The position numbers were made by a program, and so were the translations under genes. The notes beneath the pieces are model-generated. The model made no database searches, was not told the DNA's origin, and was given only the letters and a program-made list of their open reading frames with translations. 64,000 bases of DNA from a virus. This document shows, in pieces, positions 44,777-54,861 of the stretch. Location: IMG/VR virus record IMGVR_UViG_3300027977_000007. One strand, written 5' to 3'. Positions within the stretch are counted from its first letter, which is position 1, and each line of letters begins with the position of its first letter.

Positions 44777-45862
44777 TTAAGCTGAACAACCAAAGCACTC
44801 AAACTGAGAATCTTTTGGTTTATTAACCACTACTTCTGACACACTTAGTTTAGAATTCGCTTCCAATTTAGACTTGGTTCTGGTATAATATACACCAGTC
44901 TTTAAACCACCTTTCCAAGCGTACATCAAAGCACTAGCTATCTTACCATACTTTGCATCCATATGGTATACATTTAATGATTGTGATTGGTCGACAAATT
45001 TATTTCTAATTATTGATAGGTCTAATAATACCCTTTGTGGTATTTCCCAAACATCCTTGTATCTAATTCTAATATCTTCTGGTATCTCAATGATATTTTG
45101 AACACTACCCTTGTTTCTAATCACTTTATCTATCATATTTGTATCCCATAGATTATTTTGAACCAGTTCATTAACTAGATATTTGTTAATTACTAAAAAC
45201 TCACCTTGACCAACACGCCTAGTGAAAAGGTTAGATGTCACAGGCTCAAATGATTCAAAAACACCTAATAATATAGCAGAAGATGCTGTTGGCATAAGGG
45301 CGATTAATAAGCTATTATACATGGGTATTGGTTCACCAATTGGTTTCGGAGACCACCCTTCGATATATGTTTCTCCTTTTGAATATGGACTACCTTCCCA
45401 AGCTGGATAGTTTTCACCTAATTCTTCAGCTAACTTCATTGATTCGTCAACAGCAGCCTTATACATTGTTTCAAATATATCAGCATTCCATTTCTTGGCT
45501 TCATCACTTTCAAACGCTATCTTTTTCTTGGCAAAAAAGTCAGCTAATCCAGCAACACCAATAGCCAAAGCACGTTGGTCAATACCAGCCGATTTACTCC
45601 ACTCATCACTCCACTTGTTTGTATCAATTACACGATTTAAGGCTCGTACAAGAACCCTAGTGGTTTTTTCGATAGTATCTAAGCTAGAATGTTCAGCTAA
45701 GTTTACTGATGCTAATGTGCATTGTGGTGTATATTGGGGTTTGGAAGCTTGGAAAATTTCGCAATTATGTACTAATACATTATTAGCATAAAAATTATTA
45801 GTATTTTCCACTTGGATGTCATATACATCCATTCTTTTTTCTAGTTTGTTAATCTTAATCAT
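44777..45862 (-). CDS. nrdA: ribonucleotide reductase alpha subunit, C-terminal half, fused to split-intein C-part
   Basis: After VHN: CEIFQ...CTLASVNL, GVAGLAD, ALMPTASS, FVDQSQSLN, GLKTGVYYTR, terminal CFGCSA. Confidence 0.93.
   Translation of the reverse strand: MIKINKLEKRMDVYDIQVENTNNFYANNVLVHNCEIFQASKPQYTPQCTLASVNLAEHSSLDTIEKTTRVLVRALNRVIDTNKWSDEWSKSAGIDQRALAIGVAGLADFFAKKKIAFESDEAKKWNADIFETMYKAAVDESMKLAEELGENYPAWEGSPYSKGETYIEGWSPKPIGEPIPMYNSLLIALMPTASSAILLGVFESFEPVTSNLFTRRVGQGEFLVINKYLVNELVQNNLWDTNMIDKVIRNKGSVQNIIEIPEDIRIRYKDVWEIPQRVLLDLSIIRNKFVDQSQSLNVYHMDAKYGKIASALMYAWKGGLKTGVYYTRTKSKLEANSKLSVSEVVVNKPKDSQFECFGCSA
45764..45862 (-). mobile_element. split intein, C-part (33 aa)
   Basis: MIKINKLEKRMDVYDIQVENTNNFYANNVLVHN followed by Cys+1 (blocks F and G). 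Confidence 0.92.
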
Positions 45863-45873
45863 AATTTGTATTT

Positions 45874-47073
45874 TTAACTGTTAATATATTCAAATTTAAA
45901 TCCTTTGTATGTCTTATTTCTACCCTTACACACCGCTAAAACAGATGTTATTTTTCCATTCATAAATTCAGCGGCAGATTTTAACGAATCAAAAATTAAT
46001 TCATTACCTTCTTTATCTATTCTCTTTAATTTCCTCCGATTATTACCAATTTTAACATCAAAGTTATAATCTTCATTTTCCCACCTAAAAATATGTTCAA
46101 ATGAATTATTTGTTTTACATTTTCTTCTGATAACGCCTTGATGAAAGCCAGTAAAATTACTAGCTTCAAATACATTATTAAATATAATTTCTTGTTCGGA
46201 TTCAACACTTTCCTTATAATACACTAGTTTAGTAATCCTCACAATACCGTTTTTAGTTGTTTTAAACCCTCTAGGTGAATCATCAATAGGTTTTTTATAA
46301 TCTAACCGTTTAGATTTAGTGTAAACTAATTCAGTATCAATATATTTAAAAAAATAACCCTTATAACTACCACCATATTTAATACATCTATAAATTAAAG
46401 ATTTAGTTTTAAATCCATATTTATTAAGTATCTCGTTAATATTTAAAATATCTATTTCTACTAATGTTTTAGAATCAATCATAACAATTAAATGTTTAAC
46501 TCTAGATTTAAAATTTTCTTTCATATTATCTATCCGTTCTTTAGTAAATTTTTTGCCTTTATTCCAATGAACATTGTTAATCTTAGCTAAATATGATGGG
46601 TTATTTTCTATCGACCTACCATACATAGGGTTTTTTCTACCTTTAGAGTTTTCACTATGTTTCTTTCTTATTTCTTCTTTTTTAGGGTTATTAGTAAAAG
46701 TGTCACCACCAGTGCCACCTATAACAATATTAGTTAATAAACCATCTTCAGTAAATCGACCATAATGTTCAATTAATTCCTTTTCGACTTTAAACGCTTC
46801 ATCTTCATTATCGGTCTCAAATATAATTTTAAAATTAGGTTTAAACCCTAAATCAATTAATTTTTTAATTGTATTAGTTTTATATGGGTTAATTTTACTA
46901 CTGTGATTGTTTTTTAATGCATCAGTATAGTGTGTTAAATGTCGTTTTCTTTTATTTTTAGCGTTATAATCACCCTTACCAATATAGAAAGGTTTATAGT
47001 TTATTTCAGAGTAATTATTACTATAATCACCCATTACTCTATCGTCTAATAAAATGTAAATATAATATCTCAT
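45874..47073 (-). CDS. free-standing GIY-YIG-type homing endonuclease (NUMOD3/NUMOD1-like domains) inside fractured nrdA
   Basis: YIYILLD...PFYIGKG...R..H...EK.LI..YGR...LTN; KKHSENSKGRKNPMYG; FDSLKSAA...CKG...KGFKFEY. Start MRYY at 47073 preferred over the ORF-track start 47094, which lies inside a hairpin. Confidence 0.85.
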   Translation of the reverse strand: MRYYIYILLDDRVMGDYSNNYSEINYKPFYIGKGDYNAKNKRKRHLTHYTDALKNNHSSKINPYKTNTIKKLIDLGFKPNFKIIFETDNEDEAFKVEKELIEHYGRFTEDGLLTNIVIGGTGGDTFTNNPKKEEIRKKHSENSKGRKNPMYGRSIENNPSYLAKINNVHWNKGKKFTKERIDNMKENFKSRVKHLIVMIDSKTLVEIDILNINEILNKYGFKTKSLIYRCIKYGGSYKGYFFKYIDTELVYTKSKRLDYKKPIDDSPRGFKTTKNGIVRITKLVYYKESVESEQEIIFNNVFEASNFTGFHQGVIRRKCKTNNSFEHIFRWENEDYNFDVKIGNNRRKLKRIDKEGNELIFDSLKSAAEFMNGKITSVLAVCKGRNKTYKGFKFEYINS

Positions 47074-47130
47074 ATTAATAAATATGCAGTACATGGTATA
47101 AAGTACACAACATGCTGCATATTTATTAAT
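47074..47130. promoter_or_regulatory. 16-bp perfect inverted repeat (RNA hairpin) over the endonuclease translation-initiation region
   Basis: attaataaatatgcag (47074-47089) / ctgcatatttattaat (47115-47130), directly abutting the ATG at 47073. Confidence 0.8.
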
Positions 47131-47437
47131 TAAAGTTAGTATCTAATTCATCATCTTCAAGTAAATCACAAGCCATAACATAACCTCTATTTACGGTATA
47201 GATTTGATGGTCTGGTGTACAAACTATTTTAATACCTTTTTCTTCATCAACTACTTCAATTACTTCAGCGTTTTCTTTAGTTTTAATTGCACCTAATATT
47301 GGTTGAAAAGTATTATCTTGACTCAGTACAAATAAGTTCTTATCATTTTCAAATCTATCGGTAATATCCCCCAAGGTTACCTTTTCAATACCCCCATTTT
47401 CGTTAATTATAGTTATAATAGTTTCACCATCCAAACA
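47126..47437 (-). mobile_element. split intein, N-part (103 aa)
   Basis: CLDGETIIT (block A)...IVCTPDHQIYTVNRGYVMACDLLEDDEL (block B, TxxH). Confidence 0.92.
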
Positions 47438-48601
47438 ACATAAATTTGATTGTTTTATCGGACCAATATTACTTTGCATATTACGCTTATTAGCGTTATC
47501 TTTAAACATAACATATGGTCGACCACTTTCCACCTGAGACTTTATTATTGAATCAAAGATATCTTTAGGGTTAACTTTTTTACCTAATCCTAAATCAACC
47601 GCTTTTTGGTATTCTTCATCAAATTCGGAACCCCATAGGTCATAAAGTGGTTTTAAGCCAGCTTTTTTTAAGTCATTAGGGCAAAATAAATACCAAGCTT
47701 CATTATTCTCCAATTTCTTCATGAAAAGGTCATTTATAATAACCGATGTGAATAAATCACGACTTCTCATTTGCTCATCACCAATGGGTAATGTTAAGTT
47801 AAGGAAATCAAAGATATCCCTATGCCATAGAGATAGATATAAAGCACAACTACCAGAACGAGAACCTTGCTTATAAAATCGCATCTTGCTCTGAACCATA
47901 TCGGCTAACCTAACTACACCACCAGCGTTGCCTTGGAACGATTCTACGATACTCTCTTTGCTTCGTAATGGGTCAATCAATAGTCCAATGCCAGAACCCT
48001 CCTTAGAGGCCGCAGAAATCTTTGTAAGCGTGTTTTCAATTCCTTCAAATGAATCATCTTCTAAGTGTGTAAGATTACAACTAATCATACCACCTCTTTT
48101 ATCGATACCAGCGTTTGTATATGTTGGTGTTGCAAAGTTACCTCTTTTATTGGTTAATTCTTCCAATAATGCAGACTTAGACTTATCATCGTCACCAAAT
48201 AAATGATTTGCAACCCTTAGATACATACAAGAAGGTAATTCAATTGGGGTTTTCTTATCATCCCTCATTGAATACTTGCTTAAGAATGTAGTTGCGGCAA
48301 AAAAATCATATGTTAAGTCAACTGGTTGTAATTCCTTATTAATTAACTTAGATTGACGGCTTAATAAAATACGGCCACCTAATAAAGAATAATCTGGGTG
48401 TTGTATTATCTTATCAGCCGATTTAAACGCTATTATTTCATCAATTTCCGTTGTTGTGATATTATCACTAATCAATGGTATTACTTCTTGAAATAAAAGG
48501 TCGCTATCAACCAGTAATCCAGCAGCTTGTGTCTTGATTCTCGTAAGAATCTTATTAGGCATAAATGCCTGTGATGTTTTATCTCTCTTTAAAATTCGCA
48601 T
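47126..48601 (-). CDS. nrdA: ribonucleotide reductase alpha subunit, N-terminal half, fused to split-intein N-part
   Basis: ATP cone (MRILKRD), ATPTYTNAG, ISCNL, GIG, QGSRSGS, ESGRPY, IKQSNLC, then intein CLDGET. Confidence 0.93.
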   Translation of the reverse strand: MRILKRDKTSQAFMPNKILTRIKTQAAGLLVDSDLLFQEVIPLISDNITTTEIDEIIAFKSADKIIQHPDYSLLGGRILLSRQSKLINKELQPVDLTYDFFAATTFLSKYSMRDDKKTPIELPSCMYLRVANHLFGDDDKSKSALLEELTNKRGNFATPTYTNAGIDKRGGMISCNLTHLEDDSFEGIENTLTKISAASKEGSGIGLLIDPLRSKESIVESFQGNAGGVVRLADMVQSKMRFYKQGSRSGSCALYLSLWHRDIFDFLNLTLPIGDEQMRSRDLFTSVIINDLFMKKLENNEAWYLFCPNDLKKAGLKPLYDLWGSEFDEEYQKAVDLGLGKKVNPKDIFDSIIKSQVESGRPYVMFKDNANKRNMQSNIGPIKQSNLCCLDGETIITIINENGGIEKVTLGDITDRFENDKNLFVLSQDNTFQPILGAIKTKENAEVIEVVDEEKGIKIVCTPDHQIYTVNRGYVMACDLLEDDELDTNFN

Positions 48602-48613
48602 AGTTATATTTGT

Positions 48614-49567
48614 TTAAAAATCTTGTTCAAAAATACCCTCAGTACTTGTTGGTATGTCAACCCTAGTATATTCACCTTCTCTTTTCTCAAAGAAGTTATT
48701 CTTAGCTGATAAACCAATTCTAGACATATAGTCTAATGGGTTTGTAACCATAAATTCTCTTTCACAACCGAAGTCATTAAGAACAATATCAGTAACATAT
48801 TGTACGTACTTAACCATATCATTTTTTGTTAAGCCTTGTAGTCCGTCTGGCATACTATTTTCAACAAAGACCTTCTCAACCTCATAACAACCCAATATAA
48901 TATTTCGCAATTCATCCTTGGATAATTTATACTCATCTTTTAAATAATTGTTGTATAAATATAAAGCAAATTCATAGTGAGCTGTTTCATCACGTAAAAT
49001 CAATTCATTCATGGCTGCAAGACCTGGCATTTTATTTCTACTTCTAAACCAGAAAACTCCAGAAAAAACGCTAGAAAAAGCTATACCCTCAACACAAGCA
49101 AACGCAACCAATCTATGTGAAAAAGACGGGTGTTGTATCCAAGTCTCAGCCCATTCAGCCTTTGTTGCAACAGCAACGTTGGTATCCATTGAATGGAAAA
49201 GTTCATCTCTTTCTGCTAGATTTTGTATAAACGTTTCAATCAATAAAGAATAACCATTTGCATGTACTTGTTCGATAAACGTTTGGTGACCATAAAAATA
49301 CTGTGCCTCTAGTATTTCAACTTCACGTAAGAAATTTGTAGCTAGATTATCAATGACCAATCCATCAGATACCGCAAAAAATGCTAGTATATTCTTTAGG
49401 TATTGCTTCTCATTATCTTTTAGCTCATCATATTTATCCTTTGATAAATCAGTTTCTTCAGCAACCCAAGTCTGGGATTCCGCACCTTTATATTTTTGCC
49501 ATAAATCATTGTGAATGATTGGAAATATAACATATCTCTTCTTTAATGCTTTGTCTTTTAAATACAT
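48614..49567 (-). CDS. nrdB: ribonucleotide reductase class Ia beta subunit
   Basis: WVAEE, AFFAVSDG, EQVHANGYS, ACVEGIAF, RDETAH, NFFEKR..EY. Confidence 0.95.
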   Translation of the reverse strand: MYLKDKALKKRYVIFPIIHNDLWQKYKGAESQTWVAEETDLSKDKYDELKDNEKQYLKNILAFFAVSDGLVIDNLATNFLREVEILEAQYFYGHQTFIEQVHANGYSLLIETFIQNLAERDELFHSMDTNVAVATKAEWAETWIQHPSFSHRLVAFACVEGIAFSSVFSGVFWFRSRNKMPGLAAMNELILRDETAHYEFALYLYNNYLKDEYKLSKDELRNIILGCYEVEKVFVENSMPDGLQGLTKNDMVKYVQYVTDIVLNDFGCEREFMVTNPLDYMSRIGLSAKNNFFEKREGEYTRVDIPTSTEGIFEQDF

Positions 49568-49581
49568 TTTTTACTATTATT

Positions 49582-50988
49582 TTAATTACCGTTATTTAAT
49601 GCTTCTCTTCTAAGTCTAGTTGCGTTCAACAAATCATTTACCCTTTGTTGGTTATTAACCTCAACATCTTTTCTGTGCTCCACTTGTGTTCTTCCACTCT
49701 TAAATTCATTATTCTCAATTTGAATTGTTGAGTTATTAAATATAACATCCTCAAATATTAATCCATCCTTTCCAAATCTAGACTTTAATATTGCCATTGT
49801 TGCCGTACCGTCTTCCTTTTGGTCTAGTGACTTAGCAATGGACACGATAAAGTGGCCTATCTGTCCCTTTTTGATTGAACCACCCATTTGGTCAGATTCA
49901 ACAACCGTAGCTTTAATACTTGAGCGATTTCCTTGTACAGCGGTCCAACCAGCAAGATTTAATTCATCCAACATTGATTCAAATTCACGCATAACGCTAC
50001 CCTCACCAATATTAGCATCATCATACCTTCTTGAAGGTGTCACACAATCAATATAATCTAATAAAATTATGTCAGGTCTAAAGCCTTCAGATATTTGTTT
50101 TCGTATATACTGGCGTATCATAGGTATTGTTGTACCAGCACTTGGAAATTTCTTTAGTTTAAGTGAACCTTTAGCGTTATTATTTTTTTCGTTTTTTAGA
50201 TTAATTATATCATCAGTATGTAATGATAAATCATTTAAATCAATACCTGTCCAACAAGATAAGTGCTTACGCTGAATAACCTTTGGATTATCTTCAAAAA
50301 ATATTTGTATAACATTATAACCATCATTCATAGCTGTATTAGCTATCTTAGTTATCATTGTGGTTTTGCCGACCCCGAATGGCGCTAAGATTAGAGCTAA
50401 CTCACCCTTAGATAGACCACCATTCATTACCTCATCTAAAAAACTAATACCAGTTCTTATTGGTTGACGAAAATCATCTGATAATATTGATTCAATATTA
50501 TCGAGAACATTGATAGTATCATCTTGATTATCACCATGTTCTAACGCCTTACGTAGTATTGATTCACATTCATCATAACTCTCAAAATCACCCTTGTCAA
50601 TTATTACTTGAATGGACTTTATTGATTTCTTTAACTCCTGTTGCTTACAGAACTTCATTGCAATATCTTGAACCTTTAAGGTATCATGTAAACTGATATT
50701 CTTAATCTTGTTTAATTGAGATAAGGCATATTTTTGTTGAATATCGTCTTTAATATCGCCCAATAATCTAAACTCAATACTACCCATATCAGGTATAATA
50801 TCATCTTGTACCTTAGCATCTTTAATTGTTGCAACTATAACCCTTAAGTATGGGTCTGCAAAATAATTTGGGTCAACAATTTCAATTATAGTCTCAGCAA
50901 ACCTATTATCTGTTAATAATTGAGCAACAAATCTCATTTGGTAATCTAACCCTAAAAACCCTAAATTATCCCTATCTATTTTTGCCAT
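49582..50988 (-). CDS. replicative DNA helicase (DnaB/gp41-like)
   Basis: GGLSKGEL, Walker A APFGVGKT, FFED, LLDYID, WTAVQGNR, KSRFG. Confidence 0.92.
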   Translation of the reverse strand: MAKIDRDNLGFLGLDYQMRFVAQLLTDNRFAETIIEIVDPNYFADPYLRVIVATIKDAKVQDDIIPDMGSIEFRLLGDIKDDIQQKYALSQLNKIKNISLHDTLKVQDIAMKFCKQQELKKSIKSIQVIIDKGDFESYDECESILRKALEHGDNQDDTINVLDNIESILSDDFRQPIRTGISFLDEVMNGGLSKGELALILAPFGVGKTTMITKIANTAMNDGYNVIQIFFEDNPKVIQRKHLSCWTGIDLNDLSLHTDDIINLKNEKNNNAKGSLKLKKFPSAGTTIPMIRQYIRKQISEGFRPDIILLDYIDCVTPSRRYDDANIGEGSVMREFESMLDELNLAGWTAVQGNRSSIKATVVESDQMGGSIKKGQIGHFIVSIAKSLDQKEDGTATMAILKSRFGKDGLIFEDVIFNNSTIQIENNEFKSGRTQVEHRKDVEVNNQQRVNDLLNATRLRREALNNGN

Positions 50989-51043
50989 AAAATTCTTCCA
51001 TGTTAATTAAATTGTCGTTATTATAAATATATAAAAGTATGGC

Positions 51044-51538
51044 TTAGGCCATACTTTTGGTATATTTATTTCGACTAAGATACAATCTTATTTCAGCCAT
51101 AATAGCTGGAATAATCTCTTTAATATCGACAGCATATCTAACCTTGGTTGGAAAATTATTACCATTAAATGTTTGAAAACCAACACTTTGTTTGTCAATT
51201 TTTATCTCAAACTGAAAATTATCAAGCTTTTCAAAGTTATCTTTATATGGTTGTTCGAACGGTTCACCATATGGATTATACATAGACCATAAGTATTCTT
51301 TGCTTTTCTTCTTAAGGTAGTTTGGTATGATACCCATAGTACCAAAATCACCATTATCCATACCGCAAATAGCATCCATTAATTCGGCCATTTCAGTAGA
51401 ATTAATAGACTTATCGTTAAAATCTCGTATATCAAAATACCTCTGGCAGATGATATGGTTATTAATGTAAAGGATGAACTCAAATCTTTGCTCAACAAAT
51501 TTTCTTGGTTCTGATGTTTTAGCTGTTAATGTTGCCAT
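51044..51538 (-). CDS. hypothetical protein (164 aa)
   Basis: ORF track; within the replication operon. Confidence 0.75.
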   Translation of the reverse strand: MATLTAKTSEPRKFVEQRFEFILYINNHIICQRYFDIRDFNDKSINSTEMAELMDAICGMDNGDFGTMGIIPNYLKKKSKEYLWSMYNPYGEPFEQPYKDNFEKLDNFQFEIKIDKQSVGFQTFNGNNFPTKVRYAVDIKEIIPAIMAEIRLYLSRNKYTKSMA

Positions 51539-51565
51539 GTTTTAGTTTTTTTTTTAAGTTAATTA

Positions 51566-52615
51566 TTAAATGTTATTTTCTCTTTCAATTAGTTTCTTAA
51601 ATGGTATTAAAAATTCGGCATATCTAGCTTCACCAAATACCCTATCTAGACCATCTCGTTTCATCATCTTAAGGACATTCTTAAGGTCCCTACCAGAATC
51701 ATTTAGAGTACCATCTATTAAGGTTTCCAATTCCTCTATCCCATTATCTGTTAACATGGGTCTAGTTAAATTTACGAGCCTTTCATTTATCTCATAAATA
51801 TTTTCTTTCTGTACCCCATCGGTAATCTTATTGATGATATTGTCTAGTACCTTAAGTGGTTTCTTTTTAAGAATTAATCTTTCTGTTTGTTGTTGCTTAG
51901 CTAATTCTATTACCTCATCAATAGTTAATACTCGTTCCTTTATCTCTGGAAATAATTTAATTAGCGTATCTTCACCTAAGCCCTTGATACCTTTGATGCT
52001 ATCACTTCGGTCACCGACCATGGTTTTAAGTAAGACTGAATTTCCCTTATGATGGGTAAAATGTGTTGAAAAATTGTTTGAATCTACGTAGACTTTTAAA
52101 TCTAAGAAATAAATGCGTATATCATCAGATATCAGCTGTAGAAAGTCTCTATCTGACGATGCAATTGTAATCTTTTCGTTAATATCACGGTTTAGACAAT
52201 AATGAGCAATAAAATCATCGCTTTCAATGACCTCATCTTTTAGTTGTCTGATATATAAATCATTTAAGTATTCCCAAACCAATTTGCGTTGGTTTAACTC
52301 GCTAAGGTCATCTGGTTGTGTACCATTCACGAAATCTTTACCTCGGTCACTCTTATATGGTTCATATATCTCATACCTAAGCTTACCACTAAAGTTACCA
52401 TCCCAAAAGACATATACCCTATGGTATAAGTCTTCGGTTAATATCTTGCGTAGTATAACAAGGAATGATGATAAACCACCTATGTGTTGACCATTATGGT
52501 TGTATTCGTTTTTAGCACCAAAATATCCTAACTTAAATAAGGAATTTCCGTCTACCAATAATGTATTTTGTATTTTTAATCTAGGTACACCATTACGTGG
52601 TGGTCTTTTGTTCAC
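51566..52615 (-). CDS. 5'-3' exonuclease / flap endonuclease (T4 RNase H / PolA N-terminal type)
   Basis: LLVDG, VFWDG, YKSDR, ESDDFIA, SSDRDFLQL, GDRSDSIKGIKGLG. Confidence 0.92.
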   Translation of the reverse strand: MNKRPPRNGVPRLKIQNTLLVDGNSLFKLGYFGAKNEYNHNGQHIGGLSSFLVILRKILTEDLYHRVYVFWDGNFSGKLRYEIYEPYKSDRGKDFVNGTQPDDLSELNQRKLVWEYLNDLYIRQLKDEVIESDDFIAHYCLNRDINEKITIASSDRDFLQLISDDIRIYFLDLKVYVDSNNFSTHFTHHKGNSVLLKTMVGDRSDSIKGIKGLGEDTLIKLFPEIKERVLTIDEVIELAKQQQTERLILKKKPLKVLDNIINKITDGVQKENIYEINERLVNLTRPMLTDNGIEELETLIDGTLNDSGRDLKNVLKMMKRDGLDRVFGEARYAEFLIPFKKLIERENNI

Positions 52616-52645
52616 ATTTACTTTTTTAGTTAGTTAAAAAATAAC

Positions 52646-53761
52646 TTACACACTATCACCTTCCATTTGCCCTTCTTCTTCACCGAACTCAATCTTAGTA
52701 TCGTAGCTCACGTTTAAAGCATCATGGATGAATTTTCTATTTGTTGTTTTATATGCATCTAACTCATCTGGATTAACATACCCATGTGGAGTTGATGCAA
52801 TAACACCATTTCTTTCAATACCAGTAACATGGTTTTTCTCAGCTCTAATCTTAGCTTCGGTACCGTATTGGAAGTCTTGGCCTAGAGCCTTAGCTGTCAA
52901 TTTTTTAGTACCATGTGTTAAGATACCACCCAAGTGAACAATTAGTCTAGAATTAAAGAACATAAATTCGCCACCTTTATGTTTAATAACTGTACCATTC
53001 ATGCTATCCAGCCAAATCTTTTGAACACAAATAAATGTATTTGTAAACGGACTGTCTTCAGCTCTACTTGACGGAATCTTGAAGTTAACAATCCCTTGAA
53101 AAGCACCCATAGCACCAGCGTTCCACATATTGTTACTTGAATTGGAACAAGCTGATTTGTAACAATTAAGGGTACCAATTGAATCCCAAAGGAAGCATAG
53201 GTTCATATTGAACAGGCCCTGCTCTTGTTTTTTAATCATTTCCGAAATAAATAACGCCACATCCTCAATTACTGGTTCACCTCTTGTTGGCTTTGATTTC
53301 ATCTCACTGCTTTGGTGGTCATAATTCTTATATTTATTATACAAGTCACGACTTCTTACTAACATGAAGCCATCTGGTTTTTCTGTTATCTCACCAGTTT
53401 CCTCATTAACAACCTCAATGAACTTAACACCAACCAATTTGGCATGTTCAGTATTCCAATTACCCTCAGTCTCAATTACTACTGCAAAATCACCTACCTT
53501 CTGACAACCAACAATGGCCTCATAAAAAGCTGTTGACTTACCCGTGTTCGAATAACCTCTTACAAGGCTAACATAACCTCGTGGAAAACCAGGTAGTTTT
53601 ATTGCATCGTGCCAAGCTTTTGAAAGCGGAATCCAAGATAATTCTTTGTCTTTTGGTTCTGAGTTTAATCCTTCTGATTCTAAGAATCCATCTAAATCGA
53701 AAGGTACTTTATTAATCGGTGGTTTACCACCATTTACAGTTTTACTAGGTAATTTTGCCAT
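52646..53761 (-). CDS. uvsX: RecA/UvsX-like recombinase
   Basis: GFPRG, Walker A GYSNTGKST, IETE, LWDSIG, KGG, EKNHV. Confidence 0.85.
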   Translation of the reverse strand: MAKLPSKTVNGGKPPINKVPFDLDGFLESEGLNSEPKDKELSWIPLSKAWHDAIKLPGFPRGYVSLVRGYSNTGKSTAFYEAIVGCQKVGDFAVVIETEGNWNTEHAKLVGVKFIEVVNEETGEITEKPDGFMLVRSRDLYNKYKNYDHQSSEMKSKPTRGEPVIEDVALFISEMIKKQEQGLFNMNLCFLWDSIGTLNCYKSACSNSSNNMWNAGAMGAFQGIVNFKIPSSRAEDSPFTNTFICVQKIWLDSMNGTVIKHKGGEFMFFNSRLIVHLGGILTHGTKKLTAKALGQDFQYGTEAKIRAEKNHVTGIERNGVIASTPHGYVNPDELDAYKTTNRKFIHDALNVSYDTKIEFGEEEGQMEGDSV

Positions 53762-53795
53762 TTTAAAGCATTAAAAAGATATCGTTATTTTAGGA

Positions 53796-53826
53796 CAAAA
53801 AAGGGTGATTCCTCACCCAATTTTGA
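53796..53826 (-). terminator. hairpin/terminator between SSB and recombinase genes
   Basis: caaaaaagggtga-ttcc-tcacccaatttttg. Confidence 0.6.
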
Positions 53827-53854
53827 CATTAATTTTTATGGATTTACTTCCATT

Positions 53855-54745
53855 TTAGAATGGCAAGTCGTCTGATTCATCATCACCATCACCATGATTT
53901 TCAGCTGGTACGGAAGCCGCTAAGATACTGGATTTAACGTTCTCAACACCCAGTGTTAACTCAGTATCAAGGTTTTCAGTTTCAGTTTTTTCAGCTACGC
54001 TTGTTTTATCAACAAATGTCTTAGCATCCTTATCCCAAACTGGAACACCACCCTTAACGATAATCTCCAAATAGTCGTAAGTCTTAACTGAGTACACATC
54101 TTCCCAAGTTCTTGTGTCAGCTAACCAAGTTTGAGCCAAAGCAGCATCTTCACTTAGTGGTGATGGGTCTAAAGATACCACTGATGTAACAGTTGGGTTA
54201 CCTTTCTGATTTCTATTAATCGTTATGATTAAATCACGACCAGTTTCTGGATGTGTAATATCTTTTTTCAAAGCCTTTACCATACCTAAAATCTTGTCAA
54301 TTACACCATTTTTAGTATAATCATGGTTAAACCTCCAAAACTTAACACCTTCAGATTCTTTATCCCTGTCGATAATCTTAACAACGTATACTTGTTTAGC
54401 TGAATACTTTTTAGCTAGTTCTTTATCGGCCTCGTTACCTGTAGATAACAATACTTCACGTGCCTCACAAAATGGACATGCTTCGCCTTTCTCATGCTTA
54501 AGACATGCGTATTTTGTTGACTTATTATCAATATAAGTCGTATGCACATGCATTGGTGAGAATGGCGTTCCAGATGGATTTGGTAAAATCCTAATTGTTC
54601 TAGTTGCCGAATCAACACCTACTGGTAGGTATGTGCTGAAATAATTCTTTAAATCATAAACCTTATCTTTCTTCTCATATCGAGGTTTATTATTTTGTTC
54701 GTACTGTTCTAGCATCGCTACTAGAGGATTAATTTGTTCACTCAT
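53855..54745 (-). CDS. single-stranded DNA-binding protein, T4 gp32-like
   Basis: TIRILP, H...C...CPFC zinc site, GVKFWRF, GRDLII, acidic tail DDESDDLPF. Confidence 0.88.
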   Translation of the reverse strand: MSEQINPLVAMLEQYEQNNKPRYEKKDKVYDLKNYFSTYLPVGVDSATRTIRILPNPSGTPFSPMHVHTTYIDNKSTKYACLKHEKGEACPFCEAREVLLSTGNEADKELAKKYSAKQVYVVKIIDRDKESEGVKFWRFNHDYTKNGVIDKILGMVKALKKDITHPETGRDLIITINRNQKGNPTVTSVVSLDPSPLSEDAALAQTWLADTRTWEDVYSVKTYDYLEIIVKGGVPVWDKDAKTFVDKTSVAEKTETENLDTELTLGVENVKSSILAASVPAENHGDGDDESDDLPF

Positions 54746-54798
54746 TTTCTTACGTTTTTTCTTAGTTTATGTTTGTTATTTATTCTCTTTTCTTGTTA

Positions 54799-54828
54799 CA
54801 AATATACTAAATATTTGGAGAAAGTCAA
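54799..54828 (-). promoter_or_regulatory. Bacteroidetes-type promoter (TTG-N19-TATATTTG), proximal, for SSB operon
   Basis: Intergenic motif match. Confidence 0.72.
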
Positions 54829-54861
54829 GTAGTTTTTTAGTACTTATCTAGCTTTCAAAAA

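Noticed and set aside
44777-48601. nrdA as a pseudogene or intron-split gene
   Set aside because: Both halves carry complete, complementary intein blocks and all RNR motifs, and the spacers (11 and ~50 nt) cannot hold an intron.
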